The translations under genes were made by a program, and so were the position numbers. Shown in pieces: positions 13,615-25,390 of a stretch of 64,000 nucleotides of DNA. Numbering within the stretch: position 1 is the stretch's first letter; every line of letters starts with the position of its first letter. The stretch is from assembly GCA_046563655.1 (NCBI GenBank), contig CM102284.1, positions 6,386,001 through 6,450,000 of the forward strand. The letters run 5' to 3'. The DNA is from Yuukianura sp. NJ FZ-2021 (taxonomy: Eukaryota). The notes below the pieces were generated by a model. It saw nothing but the letters and a program-made list of their open reading frames with translations, made no database searches and was not told the DNA's origin.

Positions 13615-14120
13615 CTTCCACGTTCTGAAGATCAACTTGTACTGGATAATTTTGGAAATACTGCGCCAGTATCTCAGTTTCGTGAGTATTTTATGAAAAG
13701 GTTGAATTTTTAGACGAAAATTTTAAAATTATGAAATTGGTTTATTTTTAGTCTCTAAACAGATTTTTGGATAGAGTCCAAATAACGGGATATTCCGCCT
13801 CTTCATTCATTCTGTGATTACCCCACTGTGTTGTGCATTTTACTTCTCTTGGTGTGACGCATTACTTCTCATTTTAGAAATTTTGAAAACTCAAAATTTT
13901 TTGAACGTTCGTTTTTTGAAAATCTTCTTTCAATCTTATCCTCTACTTCTACTTGGCATTGCGCCGTGTTTTTTGAGCCAAACGGTGCCGAATTTACGCA
14001 TTGGGTAAAAGGTCAACACTTTTTGAATGGATTTCAATTTTTAATTGTATTAACCTTGAAATTGGAGTCTCGTGATATAAAATTAAGACATTTTCTTTTT
14101 ATCAGTTCCAGAAGTACAAA

Positions 14121-14129
14121 GGTCACACT
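14121..14129 (+). promoter_or_regulatory. Ohler motif-1 (M1BP)-like element in the divergent ATF2/7-TMLHE promoter
   Basis: GGTCACACT lies between two head-to-head housekeeping-type genes. Confidence 0.3.
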
Positions 14130-14362
14130 CACACGTCAAGAACAAGATAACGTGCAGGGTCAAACACCGAAAGAATAAGATTTTCTGAATTCAGATTTCA
14201 ACGACCCCCACGCAACCCTTGGACTTTGGACTTTTGTCGAAAGTGAAAAGCGATAGAACCACCGTCAGCGCTTTAAATCAAAATTTAGTTACATCAAATT
14301 CTAATCGCCAGCATTTAATTTTTACGACGGTGGAACAATAACGATTACTTACGTTAGTGAAC

Positions 14363-15845
14363 ATGATAATCAAGTCGCTTCGATGTTTGTCACTTGGTTA
14401 CAAGCTAAGGAACATTGTTGCAGCGTGCCCCACATCACAGATTCATCGTAAGATTTACTTACTGCAAGAATTATAGAAAACTGTCGAAGTACTAATTGAT
14501 TTAATCATAATTTTTATGTTTTTAAGGTGACAAGCATACGTTGACACAAGGGCCTCACCCAGTCAGTACTGATGAAACGAGCGATTTCATTCAATTGAAC
14601 ATTTTGGGCCAAAGTGTCAAAGTTCATGAAACTTGGCTCCGACATCACTGCAAGTAACTTCAAAATCAACATTTTTCAATTCCAAAATTCTCCAATTTTC
14701 TAAAGTTTTTTGCTAATAATTTTCAGATGTACAGATTGTTTTGAAGCAGAAGTACAAGAACGGTGCGCCGTTCCGAACAGCGGTTGGTTGACCTCAAGAG
14801 TTTCAAATATTTCTGTGCTAAACGATGAATTGCAAGTTGAATGGATGGATGGACACAAATCGAACTTCAATTTGTCTAAACTTAAACGCAGTCTTCTTTC
14901 GATGCCTCCCGACATATGGAAACAGAACCCAAGTCCAGGAAATCTTCTGAGTCCAGTTCCCGTCAACTTTACTTCCATCAGTAATCCACTTAGTGGAGTC
15001 ATTGTGCCATACGAGGAGTTCATGGCCAGTGACCACGGAGTATCCAAAATGCTGGAATCAGTTTTGACTACTGGCTACGGAGTGGTATCCAATGTCAACG
15101 GATATGAACAAACAGTGTTGGCACACAAGAGGATAAGTCACCCAATCAGGACAATTTATGGTGAAGGTGTTACCATTGCCGAGCCGGATCTTGAACACAA
15201 AGATGCTGCTTACTTGTCAGTACCACTGGCACTTCATACTGACACTGTCTACTTTACGGAGCCAATGGGGTAATTCAAAATTAGGAATTCCAAATTTCAA
15301 AATATCTTATTTTAGATTTCAAAATTTCCAATTTCGGTTTTTTATTCTATAGATTACAAACATTTCACGTTTTGTGCCGATCCGAAACTGGAGGTCAAAA
15401 CTGTTTAGCCGACGGTTTCTTGGCAGCGAAGCTTCTATTTGAAGAAAGTCCCGAATTGTACCAAATACTTAGCCAAACTCCACTGGAATTTCAGTACCTG
15501 GAAGAAGGAAGGTACGACTTTCGTAGTCTTGGGCCAACGTTGCTCAGGAATTCAGTAACTGGACGTCTGGAACAAGTTCGGTACAACCCACGCCACTTTA
15601 CAACGTTAGTCCAACTACCTTCGAATCAAATTCCGTTGTTCTACGATGCCTTTATCCGATTTACTGAAATCCTAAATGAAAACATAACTTGGATCCAACT
15701 GGAACCTGGAACGATGCTGTTCATAGACAACTGGAGAATTCTTCATGGAAGGAATGCGTTTACTGGATTTCGATCAGTTGCGTCGTCTTATATACCCAGA
15801 TCTGACTGGCTTAGTAGAGCCAGAGTTTTAGGACTTAACTGCTAG
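14363..15845 (+). CDS. TMLHE: Trimethyllysine dioxygenase (carnitine biosynthesis, 2OG-Fe(II) oxygenase)
   Basis: WLRHHCKC..C zinc motif, LALHTDTVYFTEPMG (HxD), GGQNCLADGF, DNWRILHGRNAFTG and C-terminal ARVLGL; mitochondrial-type leader. Confidence 0.85.
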
Positions 15846-16129
15846 TATTAAAATTTGTTCCAGACTGATTACCTCATTTAAATTAAATTGACAAAATAAA
15901 CGTGTATTACTAATTACACAGTTAAAAATAATTGATTTTTAGTTTAATTTTTCCTTGTTGTTTATACTTTTGAAATTTGAAAACTCTTTCGTCTCACCCA
16001 ACTTTCCCGGATCCCGCCAACTTTTATATTCAAATTCTAACAAGTCATTCAAAATAAAAAACTCAAAAATAAAATTGAATTTTCGAAATTTTGTGTTCTC
16101 AATTTTCAATTTTTAGAAAGTTAGATTCA

Positions 16130-16137
16130 TATCGATA
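16130..16137 (+). promoter_or_regulatory. DRE (DREF-binding) element upstream of PSMD4
   Basis: Exact TATCGATA about 120 bp before the PSMD4 ATG. Confidence 0.4.
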
Positions 16138-16254
16138 GAAGGTCAACAGAGGTCAATTTGGAGTTCCGAAGCTTGTTGCAGGTCAAGCACAACTCTTTGC
16201 TGATTTTGTTGAGCAGTGGACCATTTTACTCAAAAGCGGTGAACAACTGTCAAA

Positions 16255-17850
16255 ATGGTTTTGGAAAGTACTATGATTTGGTAAGAAGTTGACCTGTTGA
16301 TGTATATGTGACCCAAGCTTTGATCATGCCAACGTTGCTGTTAACTTAATACCTTGATGTTATTACAGTGTGGACGACAGTGACTACATGAGAAATGGGG
16401 ATTTCGTACCGACTCGTATGGCGGCTGTGCAGGATGCTGTGAACATCGTTTGTCATACGAAAACAAGGGCTAACCCAGAGAACAACGTGGGTCTGCTCAC
16501 TCTTGCGAGGTGTATAAACGGTTTTAATTTATTAATGTTATAGTATGCGAAGGAGTAAGTAACGATGAATGTTTCTGGCAGCTCCAAGGTTCTCACCACT
16601 TTGACAACTGACTCTGCTAAGCTCATGTCCAAAATGCTGGCGTGCCAACCTGCTGGAGATCTGCAGCTCATGTCAGGACTTCGAAAGGCTCATTTAGCTT
16701 TGAAACATCGTCAGGTATGTACAATCCAACATCTTGAAAGTACATTTCAAGAGCTATCTTGTTATGCTATTTTTAACTTATCCAGGGGAAGAATCACAAG
16801 ATGCGGATTGTCGTTTTTGTTGGCTCGCCATTGGATAATCCGGATGCTGCCGAATGGATTCGTCTGGCAAAGCGGATGAAGAAGGAGAAGGTCAATGTGG
16901 ACATAATCGCCTTTGGGGACGGATCATGTGACGTCCTTCAACAATTTGTTGAGACTTTGAATGGAAGAGACGGCAGTGGAAGTCACTTGATCGTAGTACC
17001 ACAAGGGACTTCTTCCCTTTCTGATGCTTTGATGGCTTCTCCGATTCTCCAGTCTGAAGACGGTATGCCAATGCCCGGTGGTGGTTACGAATTTGGCGTG
17101 GATCCGAACGACGATCCAGAGTTGGCTCTTGCTCTCCGTGTTTCAATGGAGGAACAACGCACGCGTCAAGAAGCTACAGGAATTAGCGGAAGTCAAGCAG
17201 CAGTGGCGGCTCCAGGTATTGGACTTTGGTTCAGCGTTATACTGATGCAGCCTAACAGCATATGAGATATGATTGGAAATCCATGTTCATTGTAGGTACT
17301 TCCGAGGAACAAATGCTGGAACGAGCTCTCGCGATTTCTCGTGAGCAGGAAGCTGCTGCTGCCGCGGGCGGTGCTCATGCTGAAGCTGTCGTTGATTTTG
17401 CGGCAATGACTGAAGAGGAGCAAATTGCTTACGCAATGCAAATGTCTATGCAGGATTCTCAGCCAACGGAAGGTATTTGCAAAAATGTCAAGTGTATTCT
17501 TGATTGATGAAAACTGTCAATTAATCATTCAATTTCCTTGCCTCATTGATACAGGAATGGCTGCGACTGCGTCAGCATCTGTGCCCATGGAATCCGAACC
17601 AGTTGAGGAAGCTGTAATCGAGAAAATGGAATTGGATGAGCCTGGACCAGCTCCTGTTGACCCCGCTGCTGCTGCTGCCGTGCTTGAGGATCCCAATTTT
17701 CTTCAATCCGTTCTTGAGGGGCTTCCTGCTAGAGTTTCAAATGCTGCCGGTGGTACTGCTCCTACTGGACAGGAACCAACTAACCCTGGATCCACCACCA
17801 CCAATACCCAGTCGGACAAAGAAAAAGAGAAGCCTGCTCCGAAGAAATGA
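16255..17850 (+). CDS. PSMD4: 26S proteasome regulatory subunit Rpn10
   Basis: [20 protein letters not shown] vWA domain, [30 protein letters not shown] and [13 protein letters not shown]s. Confidence 0.96.
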
Positions 17851-18519
17851 GTTTCTTGAAGTTAAGTCTCTAATTTAGTTTTGTTTCATCGATAATAGTT
17901 CATCAATTCATCATCATCACTGAATAATGTAACATTGGGTTATCTAATGAATTCTTACTATTCTTCACCTAATTATACGCGAAAATTTTGAGCGAATTAA
18001 CGTTTGTTCTGGAATTTCTTGCCCAAAATCAAAATGGTAAAGTAAATTTAATTTACAAAAGGTCCATCTAAAAAATCTGAAAACGAGCAATAGGTAAAGC
18101 TAAGCTTTATTTGCGTTTTGTATTTGTTCTAAAAAAAAACTTTTTCATAACAATTGAATTTTATTTTTCAATTTCAAAAAGCCTCTTTTCATTTTTCAAG
18201 TTTTCTTAGAAATTCCTCAAATTCAGTCCCTTTCTTTTTATAACTACATTTTAAAATTCAAATGCATAGAAAAATACTAAAGCGAACCACAAGCTTAACT
18301 TTTCAACAAAGAAATTTAGAAACTCGCTTGCCATAATTTGCAGCAGGCATTTCACATTTTCTCCACCACAGTAGAAATACGGCAAGTTAGGACAACCATC
18401 GTGTGGTATTTCTGTTAAAAAGTGGCCGTTGGCGTTGAAGTTTGGTAAAAACCAAAATAACATCTTCCTCTACCCTGCCTTTGTCCTTTCATGACCTTTC
18501 AATTTATCCGTGCTCCTTC

Positions 18520-19480
18520 TTCGTCACTGTCTCGCTGACTGGGTCCTCGTCGTGTTCGGTCTCGTTCTCGCTTCATCGGTTCCTCAGAGTCACTGCAAAA
18601 CTGACAATCAGGTAATTCAAGAATCCGAGTATCAGTGCTTACTCTTTGAGAAGATTCTTGATTTCTTGATAGACAGGCTTTATTTAACTCTAATTTTTGT
18701 CATTTACAGAACCCGGATTGGTAACTGATCATTTGATCCATGGCTTCGGCCATGGGTCAGCCATGGATACCGACGTCTCGCACGCCCATTGATACCATCG
18801 CCAGGCGCCATAAATCAACGCAATTGTGTGCCGTCTACGTAATACTGCTTAACGACAAAGGTCACGATCGCATCACTTCCGTTTCCGTCGACGGCCATTT
18901 TCACATCGGGTTCTACTAGGGCGGTATTGCATGAGTGATCGGATTGCATTTACATTGAAGTAAGTTTTAGTTCTGTGATTCGAAACGGTAGAAGAAATGT
19001 TTATATTTTAGAAGAATTGAGCGTAATGTTGAGTTTGTTAATTGTTTTTGTTTTGGATTTTAGTACGTACGGAAATGTCCGACCGTACTGAGATCTGTGA
19101 TTCATTTTCACCTTGGACATCTTCCGGTTGACACTGACGTCGTACAGCATTACCAGGTCTACGACTACGAGGATAGAGGTTCGTAAAGTGCATGCGCAGC
19201 GAGATCTGGACGCACACTGTCATTACCGTATAATGTCGAATGTTACTTTCTTCAGTTATTTCAATTATTCAGTTTCATCTACTAGATGAAAGTAACATTC
19301 GAACTATTAGAATACCAGCTGTAAACGTTATGATTTGCCTAGGTCTTAGCTCTATCACATTAAGCAAATTCGATTGTGCCTCGAGAACGTAACACCGCTT
19401 TTGTATCAAAAGATTGAAGATTTATTTTCAGATCTCAAATCACAATCGAACTTGTCGAGACGATGAGAATATTTGCCAGG
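18520..19480 (+). other. Putative spliced short-ORF or lncRNA locus
   Basis: GC-richer blocks bounded by CAG|GTAATT (18612), TTTACAG (18709), GAA|GTAAGT (18960), TTTTAG (19063) and TTTTCAG (~19431). The best ATG ORF is 18740-18919 (59 aa). Confidence 0.35.
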
Positions 19481-19483
19481 AGT

Positions 19484-20763
19484 AAAGTAACTAACCAACC
19501 AACCAATTCGCCATGACGTTACGTTGTTCCACGACACAGTAGTGAACAAAGTTTAATTTTTTCAAAGAGGATGAAACGCAGCGTTATAAACCCTTGAATG
19601 GATGTAGTAGCTGTATACGGCTAGTTTACGGCGATGTTTGAATTTTGGTCCACAAATGTCGAAAAGCATCTTGCTTTAGATATACATTTCAAAAAATATA
19701 ATTTTAATTTTAAGCAATGAATATTGAGGAATGCATTTGTTTTTTTGCCTTCTGAATTTAGGCCTAACCTATACATCCTAATCGGTTGTAGCTGAGAAGT
19801 TTATTCCACGATTCCTTATTGACATAAAGCATTTTGCATGTTTTTATTTTCAAAGAGCTTAGCTCGTCGTGTCAGAATTTTGGTCCACAAATGTCGAAAA
19901 GCCACTTCATATATTTAACAAACTTGCGCGTACCTAACGTCTACACTATTAAAACACAATCACGTAATAGAAATTTTTTCCAAGATGGAAGATAATTTCA
20001 TTTTAGGGTTCTTCACGAATAAAACACAAACCACTACTGCTATGCAGTGTTTCTACACATTTTCAATAGCACTCATGGCGTCTAGCGTCTACAACGAATA
20101 AAACACAAACATAAAGTTATCTTTACAATTTTAAAAACCACCTACTTAACGTTCAACACGAATAAAACACAAAAAATTATATACTATATTATTACAGAGT
20201 TATTCTAAAAGAATAATTTCTATTTGCTACGATGAAACAAAGAGTTACAACTCATTATGAGTTTCTTAAAATATCTTAAGTTCTCTAGCTACGATAAAAC
20301 ACAGTCTCGCAGACTTATTTCTATTTGTACTTTCTCTTGCTACGATAAAACACAAGTCGCACTGGCTTATTTATATATGTACGCTCTCTTGCTACGATAA
20401 AACACGGTCGCACTGACTTATTTTCTAATTTATAAGTTCTCTAACTACGATGAAACATAATTGCACTGACTGCTTCGTGTCAGCTAATTCTTCACTTTTC
20501 TTCGACATTTATTACCGTACCTCATTTTTAACATTAAAATGTAGGTAGCTACTAAACAACAGCGGTAATATTTTAGGTTATTTGCTTTTGCGTAAATCCT
20601 ACGCAAAATGCTGCTCTAACGCAAGTATCTGAGAAGTTAATCTACGACTAAACCCCTTATTGTAAGCTTATGTTATGTTTTGGGAGACTAATGCGTTTAC
20701 GCAGCGCGTTTCAATTACACCTAAAATTTATTTCAGTCGTCGCTGGTTGGTTGGTTACTACTT
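19484..20763. mobile_element. Putative non-autonomous element with imperfect terminal inverted repeats and internal tandem motif array
   Basis: TAACCAACCAACCA at 19492-19505 is inverted at 20744-20757. Internal direct repeat GAATTTTGGTCCACAAATGTCGAAAAGC (~19640 and ~19875), plus the motif array. Confidence 0.4.
19945..20470 (+). repeat. Array of ~9 copies of a CGA(A)TAAAACAC motif with a 51-79 bp period
   Basis: Copies at about 19945, 20014, 20093, 20157, 20226, 20288, 20339, 20391 and 20444. Confidence 0.8.
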
Positions 20764-21174
20764 GGACTGGAATTTTAGTTTTATTACAAAAAAAATTAGG
20801 TATGTATTTCTGATGTTAAGTTTTACTTGAACCCGAATTTTCTAAATGATCAGTCATAATCATAATTGTTAATTATGTTGTGCATAATTGGAATTTATTG
20901 GTCAATTAGTTGGAATTTGTTATTTTAAGTTAAAGTTAAATACTTTTAGTTTTATTAAGTCCAAAAATTCATCAGAATAATGTTAACCGAACGGTAATTT
21001 TGATTTGGTAAATCATTAGACCTTTGCATTATGCTTGGAATTGAACTGGAATAAATCGAAAGGTCATATGTATTGAGGTCAATTGAAATTAGCATCCTAA
21101 ATTTTATTGAGATTGAGGTTCTTGCAATTTTAGACTTCAGTTGGGGCTGGGTGATCGTTGGAATCGTGCTAAAA

Positions 21175-21723
21175 ATGGTGTCCAAATTTTATTTAGCCTT
21201 GTTCAGTATTTTAACGTTAGTGGGTGTCATCCATGGGTTTACGAAAGTACCGCATCGAGATTGCCATTCACCAGCATTAATACATTTGACACGGCTGGAC
21301 GTAATTCCATGTGAGGGCGACATTTGCGTCCTGACGCGCGGTGAAAATGTCACCGTAATTGCTGACTTTGTTCCGCACATTTACAGCTCAAAGCTTTTCA
21401 TTGAAGTTTATCAACAGGATTTCAATTTTCCACAGTTTTTCGAAACTGTTCTTCTGACCGTAAGTAATATTAACTCGTAACGTTAAAAATTTCCATTTGT
21501 GAACTTCATAATGTCTCTTTGAATTTTATTTTTCTAGAAATACGAAGTTTGCGACAAATTCAGAGTGGAATGTCCTGCAGTTGCATTCGTTGGACAACAA
21601 ACCGTTTTTCGCCTCATGCTTCCGAAGTCTATGCCAGCGATGAAATTGTGGTTCAAATTAATTGCAATCGGAGATGAAAACCGAAGACTCTTTTGTATCA
21701 GCGTTCCTCTAGAAATACGCTGA
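21175..21723 (+). CDS. NPC2/ML-domain lipid-binding protein
   Basis: Signal peptide; DC..V.PC..D.C.L.RGENVTV.ADF; intron 21460-21537; then VC....VECP ... LFCISVPLEI. Six Cys in the ML pattern. Confidence 0.85.
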
Positions 21724-22021
21724 AAAGCAGCATCGACTGAAAGCTACTGTAATTCGGCAATTCGAAATCCAAATCTTCAGCAATTCAACACAAAATTCGT
21801 TTCGTTAGGAAAAAATTCCAAATTCGAAAAATATTTATCCCAAAAAACATGTTCATGCAATTGTAGTGTTTTATTTAACGAGTCTTTCAAGAATTTGTGC
21901 AAAAGAAAAGTTTTTGAAAAATTGGTTCAAAATTTTAGATTAAAATTTCGAAAATTTGGTAAGTCCATAGTCCTTTTATGTTTTCAGTTCCGTTTGGTTG
22001 TAGCTTTGTTCACCTCTGTAT

Positions 22022-22784
22022 TTAATCTTTGCAAACCTAAATTAAAAAGTTGAATTTCAATTTTCGTCAAAATCAGTTTTTAAAAAATTCAAAAATTCAA
22101 ACTTTCAGGTCTAGTAGTTTTGAATTTCAAAGTTTTTACCGTAGCGTATGCCGTTCTGATGCATCCAACCAAATCGATATGGACACAAGCTGCATTGTCA
22201 GTGCTGACCTTTGACCCATGTTCATCAAAACAAGCTCCAATGCGCGTGTTCAAGTCATTTTTCAATTCGTCCGGTAAGTCCTCATTCACCAATTGCTGAA
22301 CATTTTCTTTACGGAGGATTCCAGAGTCATCAATCTAAAATCAAAACAAAAGTTAATGTCAACTTGGTTTTCCAGAGTTCACGAGAGGTCAAAACATTTG
22401 GGGTCAACATATGACAGTACAGTAAGCTAAATAACATGAAACAATTAAATTGAAAATTGATTGACACTTTACCACTTGGCGTTTTTTCATTATGCAGGTA
22501 AAGATGCATGGAAGTTTTTCTGGAGTGACGTCTTTGAAGTTCTCAAATCCCCCTTCTTTAATGCACTCCATCATGTTCATCATTTTCTCCTCGCTGACCT
22601 TGAGGTCAACTCCCTTGCACTGCAAAATCAAAACCAAAATTAGGAACTTTTTCAAAATGAAATTTCAAATTTCCAGAATTTTTCAATCTGCGCTGTGCTG
22701 GATTACTTGTTTGGGCGCGTCAGTCTGAGCCAGAGTCGAAATGATGCTGGAAGCGATCAGTAGAATTGCCAATGTCTGTTTCAT
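22022..22784 (-). CDS. Odorant-binding-protein-like secreted protein A
   Basis: 4 exons: signal peptide, ECIKE..PCIFTCIMKK, IDDSG, ACFDE..ACVHIDLVGC, VCKD. OBP-type C-x3-C spacing plus two extra terminal Cys. Confidence 0.75.
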
Positions 22785-23788
22785 GATTGAAATTTTTGGA
22801 ATTTTCGAACAGGAAAATTTTAAGTTTTTAAAGAAAGTTCTTGGATAACACAAAATAGTCGTTTCGAAATTTCAGGATGTCCAAATAATTTGTGGCTCTG
22901 GTTTTTATATGGTTCGGTCTAATTTCTGTTTATGACTTTCAAATACTGTCACGATGCTTGTCAGCATCATGTTCTGATGTTGACATGAATAGCGTCTAAA
23001 ACTGTCCAGCATTTCCCATTCCCTGTCCATCATGTGCTTATCATCACAGAGGAAATTTCTGATTGGTTGTCACAACCAAGGGAAATGTTGGGTATTTAAA
23101 TTAATTAAGTTACATATTGCGACATTTCGTGATTAGTTGTGTCCGGGCAATTGCATTTATGCACATAACTAACGACCGTGTAACTGACAACTGTGGAGCC
23201 ATGACCGTGTTACTACTTTAGTTTTTATATGTAACTGAGCTTACTTAGCTAAGGTGAAGCATTATACTTTCATGACAATTATTTCAGTATTGTACATGAA
23301 TCATAGTTTAATTAAATCCACCTTCCATAATCCAATTAATGCATTATACTAGGTTTCAGAAAAAAAAACTGAAAATTCCTGATAGTTACTAAGAGAAGTT
23401 GCTTCCAGTTGTTTCCAAATTGCAATTCTGGGAATGTCCATCATGTTGACACGGAATCACGCAAAGTAGAAAATTACATGTGACCTTAGGGGTTTCATTT
23501 TTGCACAAAGTTGTTCGAATGACTCGCAAACTGGAACCTACACGCTATTCGGTTAGGTTGAGGTTGAACTTGTTGAATTTTCAAGACAGAGCGAGAAACA
23601 ACATGCTTTAATTAATAAATAGTAATGGATTTAATAAATTAATTTAGTTAAGTTTTAGAAATTAGAAGAAAGCATTAAGTTTTAATTAATTACGTATGAA
23701 ATTATCAATGCCATTGTTAAAATTCAGAATAGCCCAACAGTGAGTTTCGGTTGTACAAATGGTTAACCATAAATTGTGGTTAACACAA

Positions 23789-24140
23789 TTTTCAAAATTT
23801 TACAAAATTTCGAAAATTCGCTTTTTGCAAAATTTTTACACCAAATTAGGCAAAATACTGTTCTGCAACTTAAACCAGTTCATGGAGTTGCAGAAATTTC
23901 AAGAAAGTTGAAATTGTTAGAATTTTCTGAAATGGGAATTTGCTTGTGTTTTTGAAAGTTTTCGAAAGAGTCTTTTACACGGGAGGCCTTCAAGAGAGGC
24001 CAAAAGTAGATCGGAGATTATACGAAGCGAAGAGGCGAGATAGGTCTTTTGGTCTTGTGTGCTTTTCGTATGGCGAGGCCGTCAGCGGGAAAAAAAGTTG
24101 AAAAAGAGAGGAGCCTTTTTGCTTCGCCTAATATCCGCAT
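23789..24140. repeat. Dispersed fold-back repeat, copy 1
   Basis: Aligns by eye with 37248-37597, including the shared AAAAGTAGATCGGAGATTATACGAAGCGAAGAGGCGAGATAGGTCTTTTG. Internal inverted arms present. Confidence 0.8.
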
Positions 24141-24592
24141 AGCTCCGGACACTTTTTTTTAGAGAAGTCTCCATGCAAAATCTCTTTCCAAAATTTCAGA
24201 AAATTCAAAAACTTTAAAAATTCATATCTCCGGAATGGAATGCAATAAATTGCTAATTTTTTCGCGATTGAATTCTGAATGATCTCAAGAATATTTTAAG
24301 CCCATCAATTTAAAACATTCATAATTTCGCTAACTTTTGTTTTGTTTCGCAGTTTCGAAATTTCGAACCAAAGATTTATACAACAAAAACACTTCGAGTT
24401 ATTGACTTTTGAAAATTTCGGAGATGAGCATTTTAATTAAATATCATTTTATATGTTATTGATTATACATTGACTGGTGGTAAATAATTTCCCCAAATTC
24501 GGTTCATGTTCAAAAATTTTGTTTTTAAATTTCCAATTTAAGAATTGAAAAGTACTTGATTCTCCGGATGCTTTGGATGAAACGGACAATGA

Positions 24593-25390
24593 TTACTTGC
24601 AGATCTAAAAAGAATGAGAAAACAGAGAGTAAATCCAATTTCCATTAATTAAGCAATTAAAAATATAATTTTAGGTAAAAGCATTTACCTTCATATAAGC
24701 TGCGTGGACACACATTGTTAGAGGCATGAATGAAGCGCAAGTTTTGTCATCGCTGATGTCAATTTTAGATCCCTCTGAATCCAAGCAAGAGTCAATTGCA
24801 GTCATCCATTCAGATTTGATTGCTTCCGGGAGATGCTCCTCCCTAATTAGAAATTAGCAGACTTATTAACCACTTTTCAAAAATGTCCTAAGCAATTCAG
24901 AAGTTTGAATTTGAAAAAACGCTTTTTGTAACAATAAGCAAAACCTACATCAAGTTCATAATCTTCTCCTTGTGTGGTTTTCCTGAATCGTCAATCTAAA
25001 CGAAAAAATTCTTTCAAAATGAAATTCCTAAATTTTTCTCAAAAATTTTAAAAACTCAAAATTGCTAACCAATCCTTTTTGCATCAAGCAGCATCTGCTG
25101 AAGCATCCAGCATTGTTAGCATTCAACTCCTTGATTGAAGAGACTCCAACTTTTTTCAAGCACTCTTTCACGCCGTCTACATGCTTTTGGTCAACTGGAT
25201 ACTTGACGCCTTTGCATTCTACTTCCGTAATGTCGGCTTGGGCTAGCTGAAAATGAAAAAAGAATGGCAAATCGAAATCGAAATTTTAGAAATCAGAAAT
25301 TTCTACTTTCAAATGTCAAAAACACTTGTTCACCTGAATAATCACAGCTCCAATACAGACGAGAAGAGTGAAAAAGACGTTTTGATTCAT
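24593..25390 (-). CDS. Odorant-binding-protein-like secreted protein B (tandem paralog of A)
   Basis: Signal peptide, ECKG, ECLKK, GCFSRC, IDDSG, SCLD..TCASFMPLTMC (C-x8-C), terminal ICK. Shares intron positions with gene A. Confidence 0.78.

Noticed and set aside
17295-17460. Third UIM-like helix in Rpn10
   Set aside because: Three UIMs are already known for insect Rpn10, so this is not novel.
18706-18720. ACAGAACCCGGATTG, resembling the RNase P RNA CR-V motif
   Set aside because: It overlaps a predicted splice acceptor, and no matching upstream CR-I/P4 partner was found.
19945-20470. CRISPR-like appearance of the repeat-spacer array
   Set aside because: Eukaryotic context, no cas genes, short degenerate repeats, uneven periods, and right-hand spacers related to each other.
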